Origin: a virus
Direction: 5' to 3' (one strand)
IMG/VR virus record: IMGVR_UViG_3300047586_000066
Location: 1 to 64,000 of that record
DNA: 64,000 nucleotides
Position numbers and translations under genes: made by a program. Shown piece by piece: positions 48,551 to 58,478 of the stretch; the first letter of the stretch is position 1; every line of letters starts with the position of its first letter. A model generated the notes under the pieces. It did not search any database. It saw only the letters and a program-made list of their open reading frames with translations, and was not told where the DNA came from.

Positions 48551-48626
48551 AGTATGGGTCACTCGCCGGTCTCATAATCCGGTAGTCGAAAGACATAGGA
48601 CGGTTCGAGTCCGTCGCCCGCTCCCA
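48541..48626 (+). tRNA. tRNA with CAT anticodon (Met/Ile2) and long variable arm
   Basis: AGCGGGC/GCCCGCT, GAGT..ACTC D arm, CCGGT-CT CAT AA-TCCGG, variable GTC GAAA GAC, GACGG TTCGAGT CCGTC, C73, CCA. Confidence 0.85.
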
Positions 48627-48965
48627 AATCTTCCCAATTTACTTGACGATTTCATATACCGATGTTAAATTGCTGATGTCCTACCAGTGGCGGCGTGTCC
48701 ACTTGGTTTCTCTCTTGGGGCTGCGACTATATCGGAGTTGCAGCCCCATTCCTTTTTTACTATACTCGACGCCGATGCCAAAACCCTGCAATCATACCGA
48801 ACGCTACCGGTGCCAAGCCTGCGGGGAATGCTATCCTTGCTTCCACACGCAGCAATATTTTCACGGGCTCTACTGGTGGAAATGCCGCTTCCAGAATCGC
48901 GTCCACCGGACGGATTATACTGGCAGGATTGTGGAGTGGGTCGGAAACGCTTTCGGAGGAAAGCT

Positions 48966-49652
48966 ATGAATAAAATCTGCCTGATCGTTTTTACTGATGG
49001 CCGAGATGGTCTCTTGGTTGATACCCTGGCGAGCTTCGACCGCAACATGGAGGGGCTCTTCCACTACCAAATCCTTTCCGATGATTCTGGAGATCCCGCC
49101 TGCGCGGACGTGCTGGACAAGTATTACGGCCACAGATTCCACATTATCGACCATCACCCGAAAAGACTGGGGTTCTGTGCCAGTATCAGAGAGACCTGGA
49201 AGAAGGTCCCAGCCGACAATAACCTAATCTTCCATCTTGAGGATGATTTCCTCCTCCTGCGAAAAGTCCGCCTCGACGATCTTGCCCTGGTCATGCATCA
49301 CAATCCCCAGCTCATGGAAATCACTTTGCTGCGGCAGCCCTTGGGACCGGTTGAAAGAGCGGCCGGGGGAATCTGGCAATGCAACGCAGATAGCTATACC
49401 GAGCGTCACCTGACTTTTCCGGACGGACGCGATCTCACCTGGCTGGAGCATACGCTTGCGCTCTGGAATACGAATCCGAGCTTGTATCGCCAGAGCTTAA
49501 CGCTGCTTTCATTTCCCGGTCCTCCATTCTGTGAGCGCGAATTCGGATTCTTGGGGCAACATCTAGGCTGGCACCTGGCGTTTTGGGGAAATAAAAAGGA
49601 CGATCCGATTCTCCGGCACATTGGAGAGGAAAGGAAAGGGACAGGATACTGA
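48966..49652 (+). CDS. GT-A glycosyltransferase
   Basis: ILSDDSGD, LGF, IFHLEDDF, TNPSLYR. Confidence 0.8.
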   Translation: MNKICLIVFTDGRDGLLVDTLASFDRNMEGLFHYQILSDDSGDPACADVLDKYYGHRFHIIDHHPKRLGFCASIRETWKKVPADNNLIFHLEDDFLLLRKVRLDDLALVMHHNPQLMEITLLRQPLGPVERAAGGIWQCNADSYTERHLTFPDGRDLTWLEHTLALWNTNPSLYRQSLTLLSFPGPPFCEREFGFLGQHLGWHLAFWGNKKDDPILRHIGEERKGTGY

Positions 49653-49653
49653 T

Positions 49654-50307
49654 ATGAAACGATCTCAATCACCCGAGCTGTCAATTTACACCCAATCCAT
49701 GGATGGATACCTGGCTCACTATGATCCTTTTGTGGAGCCATGGGTCAACGAGAAAATAAGGATGTTAGAGCTGGGGATCTGGAGAGGAGAATCCCTTCTC
49801 ATGTGGCAAGAATACTTCAAAAACGCCCACATTACCGGAATTGACATTGAACCCGTCCCTGAATTAAATCAGCCACAAATCCGATGTTTTCAGGGCGATC
49901 AGTCCGATCTTAATTTTCTCATGGACGTTGCGGCAGAAAAGACATGGCCTGGTGGTTTCCATTTCATCATCGACGATGCTTCCCATCTCGGCTGGCACAC
50001 AAAGCGATCCTTCTGGTATCTCTTTGACAACTGGCTCCTGCCTGGCGGATTGTATGCCATCGAAGACTGGGGAGTCGGATACTGGTGGAACTGGCCTGAC
50101 GGTCGGCAGCTCGAAGAGAAACTCGATGACAAAGTGATCTTCCCGAGTCATCAATGCGGCGTGGTCGGATTTATAAAGCAGCTTGTTGACGAACAGGGCC
50201 GAGGGGATGTCTGCCGGGGAAGCACAGGCAAATACGCTCCACGGAGTTCGAAGTTCAAGAGCATCACCATTGTTCCTGGCATTGTTTTCATCCGGAAGGC
50301 TCTATGA
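49654..50307 (+). CDS. Class I SAM methyltransferase (MycE-like)
   Basis: MLELGIWRGESL, GIDI, GDQSD, IIDDASH, PGGLYAIED. Confidence 0.85.
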   Translation: MKRSQSPELSIYTQSMDGYLAHYDPFVEPWVNEKIRMLELGIWRGESLLMWQEYFKNAHITGIDIEPVPELNQPQIRCFQGDQSDLNFLMDVAAEKTWPGGFHFIIDDASHLGWHTKRSFWYLFDNWLLPGGLYAIEDWGVGYWWNWPDGRQLEEKLDDKVIFPSHQCGVVGFIKQLVDEQGRGDVCRGSTGKYAPRSSKFKSITIVPGIVFIRKAL

Positions 50308-51119
50308 AAGAAGTCTGGGGAGTGACGATGGTTCGTGACGAAGCCGACATCATCGAGCACACGCTTACCCACATGATCAGCGAGGGGGTTGACGGCATCG
50401 TGGTCGCCGACAACCTCTCCACAGACGCTACGCCGGACATACTAAGAGCCGTCCAGCGCAATTCTAACGTCCCTGTGTTGATCGTAGAGGACAAAGTTGT
50501 TGCCTATCGGCAAAGTTTGAAGATGACGGCGCTTGTCGAGCTGGCGGCCGCGCATGGGGCTGAATACATCATTCCCTTTGATGCTGATGAGTTCTGGACA
50601 TGTGTCGGCAGGCTACGGCTTGCCGATTGCATTCGTGACCTCGGGCTGGACGTGATCCGGGTTCCCTACTATGACCACTACTGTACGGCTCTCGATCCCG
50701 TGGAATCGAACCCGTTCAAGCGCATGAAGTGGAGAGAGTCGAAATTCTCCTCTTGGAATGGGATTCGCAACCGTAGAATTGCCTTTCGTTGTTATCGGCA
50801 TGGCTGCGTTCTCGCCCAGGGGAATCATTACTTGATCCTGGAGAACGGCCGGCAGCTCGACGGGGATGAATCCTATCTCTACATGCATCACTTCCCTTAC
50901 CGATCTGTAGAGCAATTTGTAGTCAAAGTGAAGAATGGGATTGAGGCTTACGAAGCAGCAACCGAGCTGCCCGCCAGCTATGGACATGTCTGGCGGGAGC
51001 ACGGAGCGATACTGCGAGCTGAGGGCATCGAAGGAGTCCGGCGCCTCTTCTATTCGAAATGGTTTGTCACTGATCCCAGGTCTCTCGGCCTGGTCCTGAA
51101 TCAAACTCTTCCCCTGTAA
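50304..51119 (+). CDS. GT2 glycosyltransferase
   Basis: MVRDEADII, DNLSTDAT, FDADEFW, HHFPYRS. Confidence 0.85.
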   Translation: MKEVWGVTMVRDEADIIEHTLTHMISEGVDGIVVADNLSTDATPDILRAVQRNSNVPVLIVEDKVVAYRQSLKMTALVELAAAHGAEYIIPFDADEFWTCVGRLRLADCIRDLGLDVIRVPYYDHYCTALDPVESNPFKRMKWRESKFSSWNGIRNRRIAFRCYRHGCVLAQGNHYLILENGRQLDGDESYLYMHHFPYRSVEQFVVKVKNGIEAYEAATELPASYGHVWREHGAILRAEGIEGVRRLFYSKWFVTDPRSLGLVLNQTLPL

Positions 51120-51697
51120 CTCGTCCCTCTCATCCGATCCCTTTTGAACCTGATCAAATGAAGGAAAAGCGTGTCGTAGGTGAACGTGAACGAATTCCAC
51201 AGAGGCCAATCAGGACCGAAGATCGCCAGGATGTCATCCTGTGTCAGATCCCACTGATGATAGGGATTGTAGTGAGTGGTTTTCTTCAGGGGGATAGTGA
51301 TTATCGCCTCCAGCGCGGCCGAGCGTTTTGCCAGATCTGCGATGTCCCTGGGATCTTTGAGATGTTCTATCGTCTCCAGAGAGACCAGGCAGTCCACCCG
51401 GTCAGGGGCCCAGTTGGCGATTGTGTCGTGAATGAATTTCAGATTCCCAAGGGACCCAAAAACGGACCTGGCAACCTTGATCGATTCTTCGTGATGGTCG
51501 ATGCCGATGCAGAGTTTCACATCTGGGTTCTTTGCCATCAAGTAGGTCCCATAGCCCATGCCGCAGGCGGCGTCGAGCACGGTTCCCCATACGTGCTGAC
51601 GAATGATGGAGTATCTTTCAAGATGTCGCCGGACCAGAATGTCGTTTTCCAGAACATCCACTTCCAATCTGTTTAGAGCTATTCTTTCGTTGACCAT
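51101..51697 (-). CDS. Class I SAM methyltransferase
   Basis: HLERY, VLDAACGMGYG, SLETIEH. Confidence 0.85.
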   Translation of the reverse strand: MVNERIALNRLEVDVLENDILVRRHLERYSIIRQHVWGTVLDAACGMGYGTYLMAKNPDVKLCIGIDHHEESIKVARSVFGSLGNLKFIHDTIANWAPDRVDCLVSLETIEHLKDPRDIADLAKRSAALEAIITIPLKKTTHYNPYHQWDLTQDDILAIFGPDWPLWNSFTFTYDTLFLHLIRFKRDRMRGTSYRGRV

Positions 51698-53577
51698 TTC
51701 TCCTCGTATGGATCTCGTTCTAACGGGGTTATTAGTTCCGGGTGCCTCACGAATGACAGGCTGAAATTGTCCCCAGGCACATTGGAGTCTCCGCCGCGTC
51801 CGTGTGCGACAACAACATCCTTCGTGATCCCCAATTTCCATCCTGCTTCTACAGCTCTCCGGCAGAGGTCGGCGTCATCCTTTCCGTACCGGATGAATCT
51901 CTCATCCAAGAGACCGATCTGGTCAAGCATCGCTCTCCGGAGATAAACAAACGGGAAACAGATGTAATCCTCTCCGAGCCCCGAGCAATAGACGAGCCCC
52001 TTAGTCGGCCAGTGATGCTTCCACTGAGCCCGCTGCTTCGGATTCCCGACTCCTCCGTCAATCAGTGGACTGATAATCCCGACGTCTGGATTGTCCTGGG
52101 CCACTCTCCACATGGTTGCGAAGGTATTAAATTGCAGGAGGCGAACATCGTCATTGATCAGAATGACGTCTGCCTTCCCAGCGGCTTCAATCCCAACGTT
52201 ACATTGCCTGGCAAAGATAAATGGCCAATGATCAGGCGTCGAAACAACCTCGAACCCGTATCCGCGTTCATGTCCATCGGCGACCACGATTATCCTGGGC
52301 TTCGCTTTCTCGAATCCCTCGATGCTGTGAATCAGGGGATTGATGATGTCCTCATATTTATTTGGGATGACAACACAGTAGTTCTTCGTTCGCGAAGGCT
52401 CATTTATAGCGGCGTCGCCTGCTCCCCAGGATCTCACGGGCATATAAACCAGTTCTGTCCCTGGGTCGATGACGCAGGGTGGGCCGCTTTTCTTTAATTC
52501 TTCAACAAGCAGGCCATCGGCAGCGTGGTACTGGGTATCTTCGAAGCTCCATAGCCTATCTTTGAAGTAAGGCTTGTGGAAGAACTGATTCGTGTCGGTT
52601 TTATTTAGTCCAGGGTCCGGGTTGAAGAACCGTTTCCCGAGCATCTTCATGGGGAACACTCCCCAATCCGGGAAGTTGTTCAGGAAGATGTTCTCCGCCA
52701 GGACCATCAGCGCCCGGGGGCTGTAGAAATTGTCGTCATCCAGGTAAAGGACATACATTCCCGAGGTCTTGGGGATCGCGTTATGTCGGCAGGTTATCCC
52801 GTAATTCTTATGCGCCTGGTCACAAATGATCACTTTGCGCTGCGGGTGAGCTAAATATGTCGGGATAGCAGCGTTCGGCAGATCCACCATGATAATATGC
52901 TCCCAGTTCGTGTATTTCTGGCGCTCAATACTCCGGCACGCCCGCTCGAGTGACGGCCGCAGGACTGTTGGAGTTATGATCGAGAACTTGAACGGGGGAT
53001 GCGGCCCATTGTATGCGATCGCACTTCGGTAGTGGCCAGGAGGGTAGACCTGGCTGATGGTGATCTTGTCCAAATCTACGCAATGGGTCTTGACTGCCCG
53101 CATGAACACGCCCGGAAAGTCGGGATCTTTCATAATCTCCAGGTTCATGTCCCTAAATATTCTGGAAAAATCTCCGCAAGTGAACCTCCAGTGATCTTCC
53201 GGCTCGGGGTGATACCAGAATCCGTGGGATCTCGTCGTCACAAAGGCGACTCCACCAGGTTTAAGCAGGTTCTTTATGGTTTTAACCGTCTTTCTCCAGT
53301 CGTTTACGTGCTCCAGAACCTCAGCGCACACAATCACGTCAAACCATTCGGGCTCGAATCTGACCTCCAGGTCGTCGATATTCATCTGGATGTCAACGCC
53401 GGGCCCTGACCGCATGTCGATCCCGAAGTAGAGAGCCGGGTTCAATGCCTGGAATATCTCCCGAGCGGAGCCTCGGATTTGATCCGTAATCAGGCTACCC
53501 ATCTCAAGCACCCGTTTGCCCTCGACTTCATCGTGCCGGGCATGCTCCCTCAAAAACCGCATTACTGATTCGTGCAC
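51679..53577 (-). CDS. Methyltransferase-GT2-GT2 fusion protein
   Basis: VLEMGS...EVLEHV...LKPGG; FSIITPT...YLDDDN; VILINDD...LLDERF..YG.DD.D. Confidence 0.82.
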   Translation of the reverse strand: MHESVMRFLREHARHDEVEGKRVLEMGSLITDQIRGSAREIFQALNPALYFGIDMRSGPGVDIQMNIDDLEVRFEPEWFDVIVCAEVLEHVNDWRKTVKTIKNLLKPGGVAFVTTRSHGFWYHPEPEDHWRFTCGDFSRIFRDMNLEIMKDPDFPGVFMRAVKTHCVDLDKITISQVYPPGHYRSAIAYNGPHPPFKFSIITPTVLRPSLERACRSIERQKYTNWEHIIMVDLPNAAIPTYLAHPQRKVIICDQAHKNYGITCRHNAIPKTSGMYVLYLDDDNFYSPRALMVLAENIFLNNFPDWGVFPMKMLGKRFFNPDPGLNKTDTNQFFHKPYFKDRLWSFEDTQYHAADGLLVEELKKSGPPCVIDPGTELVYMPVRSWGAGDAAINEPSRTKNYCVVIPNKYEDIINPLIHSIEGFEKAKPRIIVVADGHERGYGFEVVSTPDHWPFIFARQCNVGIEAAGKADVILINDDVRLLQFNTFATMWRVAQDNPDVGIISPLIDGGVGNPKQRAQWKHHWPTKGLVYCSGLGEDYICFPFVYLRRAMLDQIGLLDERFIRYGKDDADLCRRAVEAGWKLGITKDVVVAHGRGGDSNVPGDNFSLSFVRHPELITPLERDPYEEKWSTKE

Positions 53578-53658
53578 CAGTGCACTCCTTTCTGATTTCT
53601 TCCTTCATAATCTCCCTAGAAGCCCCTAGAATCGTTTTCCCCGTCAGGGGGGTTATCC

Positions 53659-54132
53659 TTAGTCGCCCGCTCCTGTGATCTTGGCTGCTTCCCTGGCTAG
53701 GCAACCGGGAATGCGGCAAACAGGACAGACCCCATCTTCGATTTCGACAATATCCAGATCAAAGCTGTCGTTCTTACCTGGAACACGATAAACATGAAGT
53801 TCCTGGACCTGCCTATCGTTTTTGATCCGGCCTCCGAGCTGTACCCCATCGAGAACAGCTTTGACTGCATCCACGTCGAGTCGGCCGCGCAGCCAGATTT
53901 CCATTTTCACTGGTTCGAGAGTGTCTTCTGCGAGGATCATCTTTGAATAGAATCCGATCACGTTCTCCGCCTGCTTGACCGCTTTCGAAGGAGAGATCCA
54001 ATAAAGCGGCCCTTTGATGTACTTCTTCAAGCCAGCCACGATGTCCCTGACTCCATTCCAGAAAGTGGCATTGAAATGGACCTCGTAGGTGTTCGCCTTG
54101 TTCGGTAGCGCAATAGGGATCGTCGTTCTCAT
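53659..54132 (-). CDS. RusA-like Holliday junction resolvase
   Basis: DVDAVKAVLDG...IKNDRQV. Confidence 0.7.
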   Translation of the reverse strand: MRTTIPIALPNKANTYEVHFNATFWNGVRDIVAGLKKYIKGPLYWISPSKAVKQAENVIGFYSKMILAEDTLEPVKMEIWLRGRLDVDAVKAVLDGVQLGGRIKNDRQVQELHVYRVPGKNDSFDLDIVEIEDGVCPVCRIPGCLAREAAKITGAGD

Positions 54133-55463
54133 TCTTGCTCCTGATAGAGATTGCTGAAGGTAGAATAGTGTCTCTCAAACGCCATCGAGAATGAACCGGT
54201 CATGCCGTTCCTTTGTTTCCCGATGATTACATCGGCCAGTCCGGCATTCTCTTCTGTTTCTCGGGCGAGTTCCGGCCGATGCAGGAGGATAACCACGTCG
54301 GCGTCCTGTTCAATCTGCCCAGACTGCCGAAGATCCGAGAGTTTGGGAGTCTGGTCTCGGCGCTTCTCTGTGGACCTGGAGAGCTGGGCGGCGGCGATGA
54401 CTGACGCATTTGTGCTTTTTGCCATGTTCTTTAGGGCAACGGATACGGCGCCGATTTTCTCGACATCGTTCGCCCGCTGAAGATGCTTTGGGGGACTGAC
54501 AAGCTGGAGGTAGTCGATTAGGATCACAGGGATCTCGGTCGGAATCCTTCGAGTCCTGGACCTCATGTCCGACACGGTTAATGCTGAGCTGTCATCAATC
54601 CAGATCGGCAACGCGGAGAGGTCTCCGGCAGCACGGCTTAGCCTGTTCCAATCCTCTTTGTTCATGAATCCGGTATTCATGCGTGTGAGATCCACGCGGG
54701 ACATAGCCGACAGCATTCTCATAATCAGTTCCATTTCAGCCATTTCCAGGGAAAAGATAATAATCGGGGTGCCAATCTTCGCCATTTGGATCGCTATCCC
54801 GAGTAGCATGCTTGTTTTCCCATGCCCTGGTCTGCCGGCAATAATTACGAGATTCTTCCGATGAACGCCTGTGGGGATCATCCGATCCAGCTCGGAGAAT
54901 CCCAGCTTGAAGCCTCCAGAGGTTTTATGGTTGGCAATATTTTCTATGGTTCGGAATGCTTCAGAGACAAGATCGGAGATCTCCCGCGGTCCTTCTTTCC
55001 GCTGCATCTTTGACAGCTCGCCGTCGAGCCGGATGAATGCGTCGTCAATGACATCCTTGAACGGCTGTTCATCGTAGCAGCGGGTCATCAGTTCATTTCC
55101 GGCCTGGACTCCGATCCTAAGCGCCGCCTTCTCTCGAACGATGCTGGCGTAATGCTCTATGTTCATAGCCCTTGGAAGTCCGTCAGTTAAGCTGACCAGG
55201 TAAGCAGCTCCTCCGGTGGCTTCAAGCTCATTCGAACTCTGTAGAGCATTCTTCAGGGTTATCAGATCCAAGCCGCTTCCGGAGTCAATCACTTCGACCA
55301 TCTTAGCGAAGATCCTCCTATGGCTGTCGAGGTAAAAATCGGTCGCCTCGATAGTCCCCAGGGCGACATTGATTGCTTTCTCTTCAAGCAGGATGGCTCC
55401 GAGAATCGATCGCTCAGCCTCAAGGTTATTCGGAAGCATCTTTTCCAAGCTGATGTCTGCCAT
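54129..55463 (-). CDS. dnaB: Replicative DNA helicase
   Basis: PNNLEAERSILG, AGRPGHGKT, FSLEM, IDYLQL, AQLSR, SDLRQSGQIEQDAD, KQRNG. Confidence 0.95.
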   Translation of the reverse strand: MADISLEKMLPNNLEAERSILGAILLEEKAINVALGTIEATDFYLDSHRRIFAKMVEVIDSGSGLDLITLKNALQSSNELEATGGAAYLVSLTDGLPRAMNIEHYASIVREKAALRIGVQAGNELMTRCYDEQPFKDVIDDAFIRLDGELSKMQRKEGPREISDLVSEAFRTIENIANHKTSGGFKLGFSELDRMIPTGVHRKNLVIIAGRPGHGKTSMLLGIAIQMAKIGTPIIIFSLEMAEMELIMRMLSAMSRVDLTRMNTGFMNKEDWNRLSRAAGDLSALPIWIDDSSALTVSDMRSRTRRIPTEIPVILIDYLQLVSPPKHLQRANDVEKIGAVSVALKNMAKSTNASVIAAAQLSRSTEKRRDQTPKLSDLRQSGQIEQDADVVILLHRPELARETEENAGLADVIIGKQRNGMTGSFSMAFERHYSTFSNLYQEQE

Positions 55464-56296
55464 TATTCCTCCCTTTCGAGAATGATCGCGCCCTTGGTAC
55501 ACTCCTGGAATCTCCGCATCGTCGCCGCTCCAAGGATCTCTGATAGTTTTTCTTGGGGTTCATTTGAAGCAAATGACACAGACACCATAGGTATGTTGCG
55601 CCAGCATAGGTCTGACAGCTCGAAGATTTTCCGAATAGAGAAGTCTGTAACTGGCACGATATCCAGCTCATCCAGGAAGACATGGATTTTATTCTTAATT
55701 TTTTCCGCAAAGAAGATTCCGTCCGGGTGATCGTCACCGAACTGGCTCATCCTCATTCCTTCGACGTATTGGGAAGCGGTCCTGAAGATTACCTCGATCC
55801 CGGCGTAGGCGCATTCTTGAGCTTGGGCCCACATGAGGAAGCTCTTTCCGACCCCAGTGGAACCATAAAACGCCCAGCCAGCCGTTGGGTCCTGGTAAAG
55901 AGTCTTGAGGATATTCGTTTGAGCTCGGCCATTTACTCCCCGCTTCATGACTACCTTCGAAGGCAGAATGATTTCAGCTTCGAATGTTTCCACGGGGAAT
56001 ACGCGGTAATGGTAGTCAGGCATCAGGCGTTTGCCTTCAAGATCTTTCCTGATCTGCGGGGGAGCTTGCTCCAGCGTATGCTGAGCTGCTTTCCGGTAAT
56101 GGCACTCGCAGTATGTTAAGGCATACCCGGATTTGAATTCTCTTTCTACCCATTCGCTGTCCCGGCAGATTCCGCATTTATAGCCGGGCTCTTCAGTCAT
56201 TGAGGATAACGCCTCTTCGCTTTTCGTTCTTAAACGGCTCATGACTTCCTTTATCGCTGAGCCGACTTCTCTTGGTTCCTCCATCCTTTCCTCCAT
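55463..56296 (-). CDS. DnaC/IstB-like AAA+ helicase loader
   Basis: CGIC..CEC, GSTGVGKS, VFLDEL, ASN. Confidence 0.8.
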   Translation of the reverse strand: MEERMEEPREVGSAIKEVMSRLRTKSEEALSSMTEEPGYKCGICRDSEWVEREFKSGYALTYCECHYRKAAQHTLEQAPPQIRKDLEGKRLMPDYHYRVFPVETFEAEIILPSKVVMKRGVNGRAQTNILKTLYQDPTAGWAFYGSTGVGKSFLMWAQAQECAYAGIEVIFRTASQYVEGMRMSQFGDDHPDGIFFAEKIKNKIHVFLDELDIVPVTDFSIRKIFELSDLCWRNIPMVSVSFASNEPQEKLSEILGAATMRRFQECTKGAIILEREE

Positions 56297-57164
56297 CTCT
56301 CAGTGGTTTGCTGTAGACACCCCGAAGCAGCTTATTGATTTTATCCAGGTCCTTCGCAAACCAGAGCGGCGAAAGGTAGGCTCTGAAGTCCGGATGAACC
56401 TGCCGGCATTTCCCTACAAAATCTTTCCAGTATTCTTCTGGGCCCCGGCCGTTCTTTGCATGAAGGTTGAAGTGATCGACCAGGAGCCGTACCTCATGAA
56501 GATCCGGACGGACTTCCATCGGCGCGAGTGGAGCGCACTCAGCATCCCAAATATCCAAGAGGCTTATTGGCGTTAAAAATGTTTGCTTTTCAGCTTGGGG
56601 AGTAAGAGGGGAAACAGAAGATAATTTATTATCTTCTGTTGAAGAGGAAAAGGAAGAGGAAGAGGGGGGATAACCACCCTGGTTAAGCAAATCCTCTATC
56701 TTCTTTGCCCTCTTATTTTGCAGTAACACTGGATTTCCTCCCAAATGCCCGCAGACACGCCTGATTGATGCGAGTTTGGTTTCACGAACCATGCGCCGGC
56801 AGTATAGGATATTTGTTTTGGGGTCCTCACTGGCCAGACCGTAGTCGAGCAGTTTTTGGATGATTGTTTGAGCTTGGTTTAGAGGCACTCCGAGGATGTT
56901 TGCGATACCTTCCAAGGGTATCGCCTTTCCGTTCAACATCAACCTGCCCCTCTGTTCTGATTCGTTCATGGCAATCATCAGTTCCCACCAGGCGCCTTTA
57001 TGAAGTAGGTCTAACGCTTGGTATCCAGCATCCTTTTTTAGGTCTCCCGGGTACACCTGAAATGAGGGCTTGTTTGGGCTATTATATTTTCCTTTACCTA
57101 GCTCTGTCGCCTGGCGCAGTACAGTCCTGATAGGGAGCTTTGTTTTACCCACAAATCCTCCCAA
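56193..57164 (-). CDS. Phage replication initiator-like protein
   Basis: PSFQVYPGD...GAWWELM...CRRMVRE; upstream of loader and helicase. Confidence 0.65.
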   Translation of the reverse strand: MGGFVGKTKLPIRTVLRQATELGKGKYNSPNKPSFQVYPGDLKKDAGYQALDLLHKGAWWELMIAMNESEQRGRLMLNGKAIPLEGIANILGVPLNQAQTIIQKLLDYGLASEDPKTNILYCRRMVRETKLASIRRVCGHLGGNPVLLQNKRAKKIEDLLNQGGYPPSSSSFSSSTEDNKLSSVSPLTPQAEKQTFLTPISLLDIWDAECAPLAPMEVRPDLHEVRLLVDHFNLHAKNGRGPEEYWKDFVGKCRQVHPDFRAYLSPLWFAKDLDKINKLLRGVYSKPLRDGGKDGGTKRSRLSDKGSHEPFKNEKRRGVILND

Positions 57165-58209
57165 TCATTTCTAAAAGTGAAGTATCAGGGTTAAACCATT
57201 CTCCATCAACGAGTAGGTGCGAAAACAGTTTATGGCAGAATTGCTCTACTTCCTGAGTCCCTTCTATTGATCCCAAGAGTTTGAGCGGCAGGGCATTCGC
57301 AGTTTTAAGTTGCTTTAGCCGGGAGCGGACATCTTCTGACCACCCGATTTTGATGGGCCCATCATTCCCGGCTTGGATAAAATAAATAAATCCCCGACTT
57401 CTCTCTAATTTAGCTCTCTTGGCGTGGTTATTTTTCCATTGTTTTTTACAGTCACCCTCTGTAATCGACTGAACCATTTCAAGTTGAGCGCATAATTCTT
57501 CATGATCCATTGTTCCTGGCCACATTGGCCAAAGAACTTGTTCATCTGTTACGGAGAGCGGCCATGTCAATCCCACGGGACCATCAGACGAAGGATGGCA
57601 CTTTCTACATGGATGGTATTTGTAGCCAGAAATAATTAGCCTGTCAGGCATACCAGCAATCATCAGCTCAATCCCAGTACCACCACATACTGGGCATCCT
57701 TTGGCTGACGGGTCCTGCGTAAGGCTAGAATGGAAACTGGTTTGGATATCTAAAATATGGTTGCGAATTTCTTCATCTTGAGGATTGTCAGTCATTACCG
57801 TTCCTGACGGTTCACCGGAGCGATCAGCGGAAGGAGCCGGTAAAGTCTCTTTGTCGTCCGAGGTCATGACCCCCGGACTATCCGCTGTCGGTTTTTCGCT
57901 TGTTGGAGAATCCGGAGTTTTTATACTCCGGGCAAAGTAGTTTTTCAACACTCCTTTTGCCCAATCCAGACCTATTTCTTTTTTTGCTTTGAGGGCAGCG
58001 TCGAGAACATATACGCAGGCAGCGCAATCCTGACCGGAGGCCGAGAACAGGTCGCTGATAAACTTCTTCTGTTCACTGTGGGATTTGACTTTGAAGATCT
58101 TCAGATGTTTTAAGGCTTTATGGAAGCCGCGGTCTAAATCAGCTTTTCCATATTTTGACGGATCCCCAACGTCCCCGGTGGTGTTTCTCCAGTGCTCGTA
58201 GTCCGACAT
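57145..58209 (-). CDS. Protein with C-terminal GIY-YIG (T5orf172) domain
   Basis: GFIYFIQ...IKIGWS...RLKQL...E..H...GEWF; internal CPVCGGTG. Confidence 0.8.
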   Translation of the reverse strand: MSDYEHWRNTTGDVGDPSKYGKADLDRGFHKALKHLKIFKVKSHSEQKKFISDLFSASGQDCAACVYVLDAALKAKKEIGLDWAKGVLKNYFARSIKTPDSPTSEKPTADSPGVMTSDDKETLPAPSADRSGEPSGTVMTDNPQDEEIRNHILDIQTSFHSSLTQDPSAKGCPVCGGTGIELMIAGMPDRLIISGYKYHPCRKCHPSSDGPVGLTWPLSVTDEQVLWPMWPGTMDHEELCAQLEMVQSITEGDCKKQWKNNHAKRAKLERSRGFIYFIQAGNDGPIKIGWSEDVRSRLKQLKTANALPLKLLGSIEGTQEVEQFCHKLFSHLLVDGEWFNPDTSLLEMIGRICG

Positions 58210-58478
58210 GAATCCTGCTTCGGCATATTGTCTTTTTTATTATGACAATCCACGCATAAGGGAGCGGCATTGACGAGCTCATCTCCACCCATCTGGCTGC
58301 GTTTTCGCTTGTGGTCTCTGGTCATGGAACGGCGCCGGCCGCAGGCAGCACATCGATATTCATGTGCTTCAAACAGACTTTCCCGCTGTTTATCGTACTC
58401 CTCCCGGCTCAGTTTCACTCTCTTCTTCTTGAAGTTCGGCTCTGGCACCTTCTCTACCTTTCTCAACCCAGGTAGCAA
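58134..58478 (-). CDS. Small HNH endonuclease
   Basis: CAACG...DH..KRSQMGGD...N..LCVDCH. Confidence 0.8.
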   Translation of the reverse strand: MLPGLRKVEKVPEPNFKKKRVKLSREEYDKQRESLFEAHEYRCAACGRRRSMTRDHKRKRSQMGGDELVNAAPLCVDCHNKKDNMPKQDSCRTTSTGETPPGTLGIRQNMEKLI

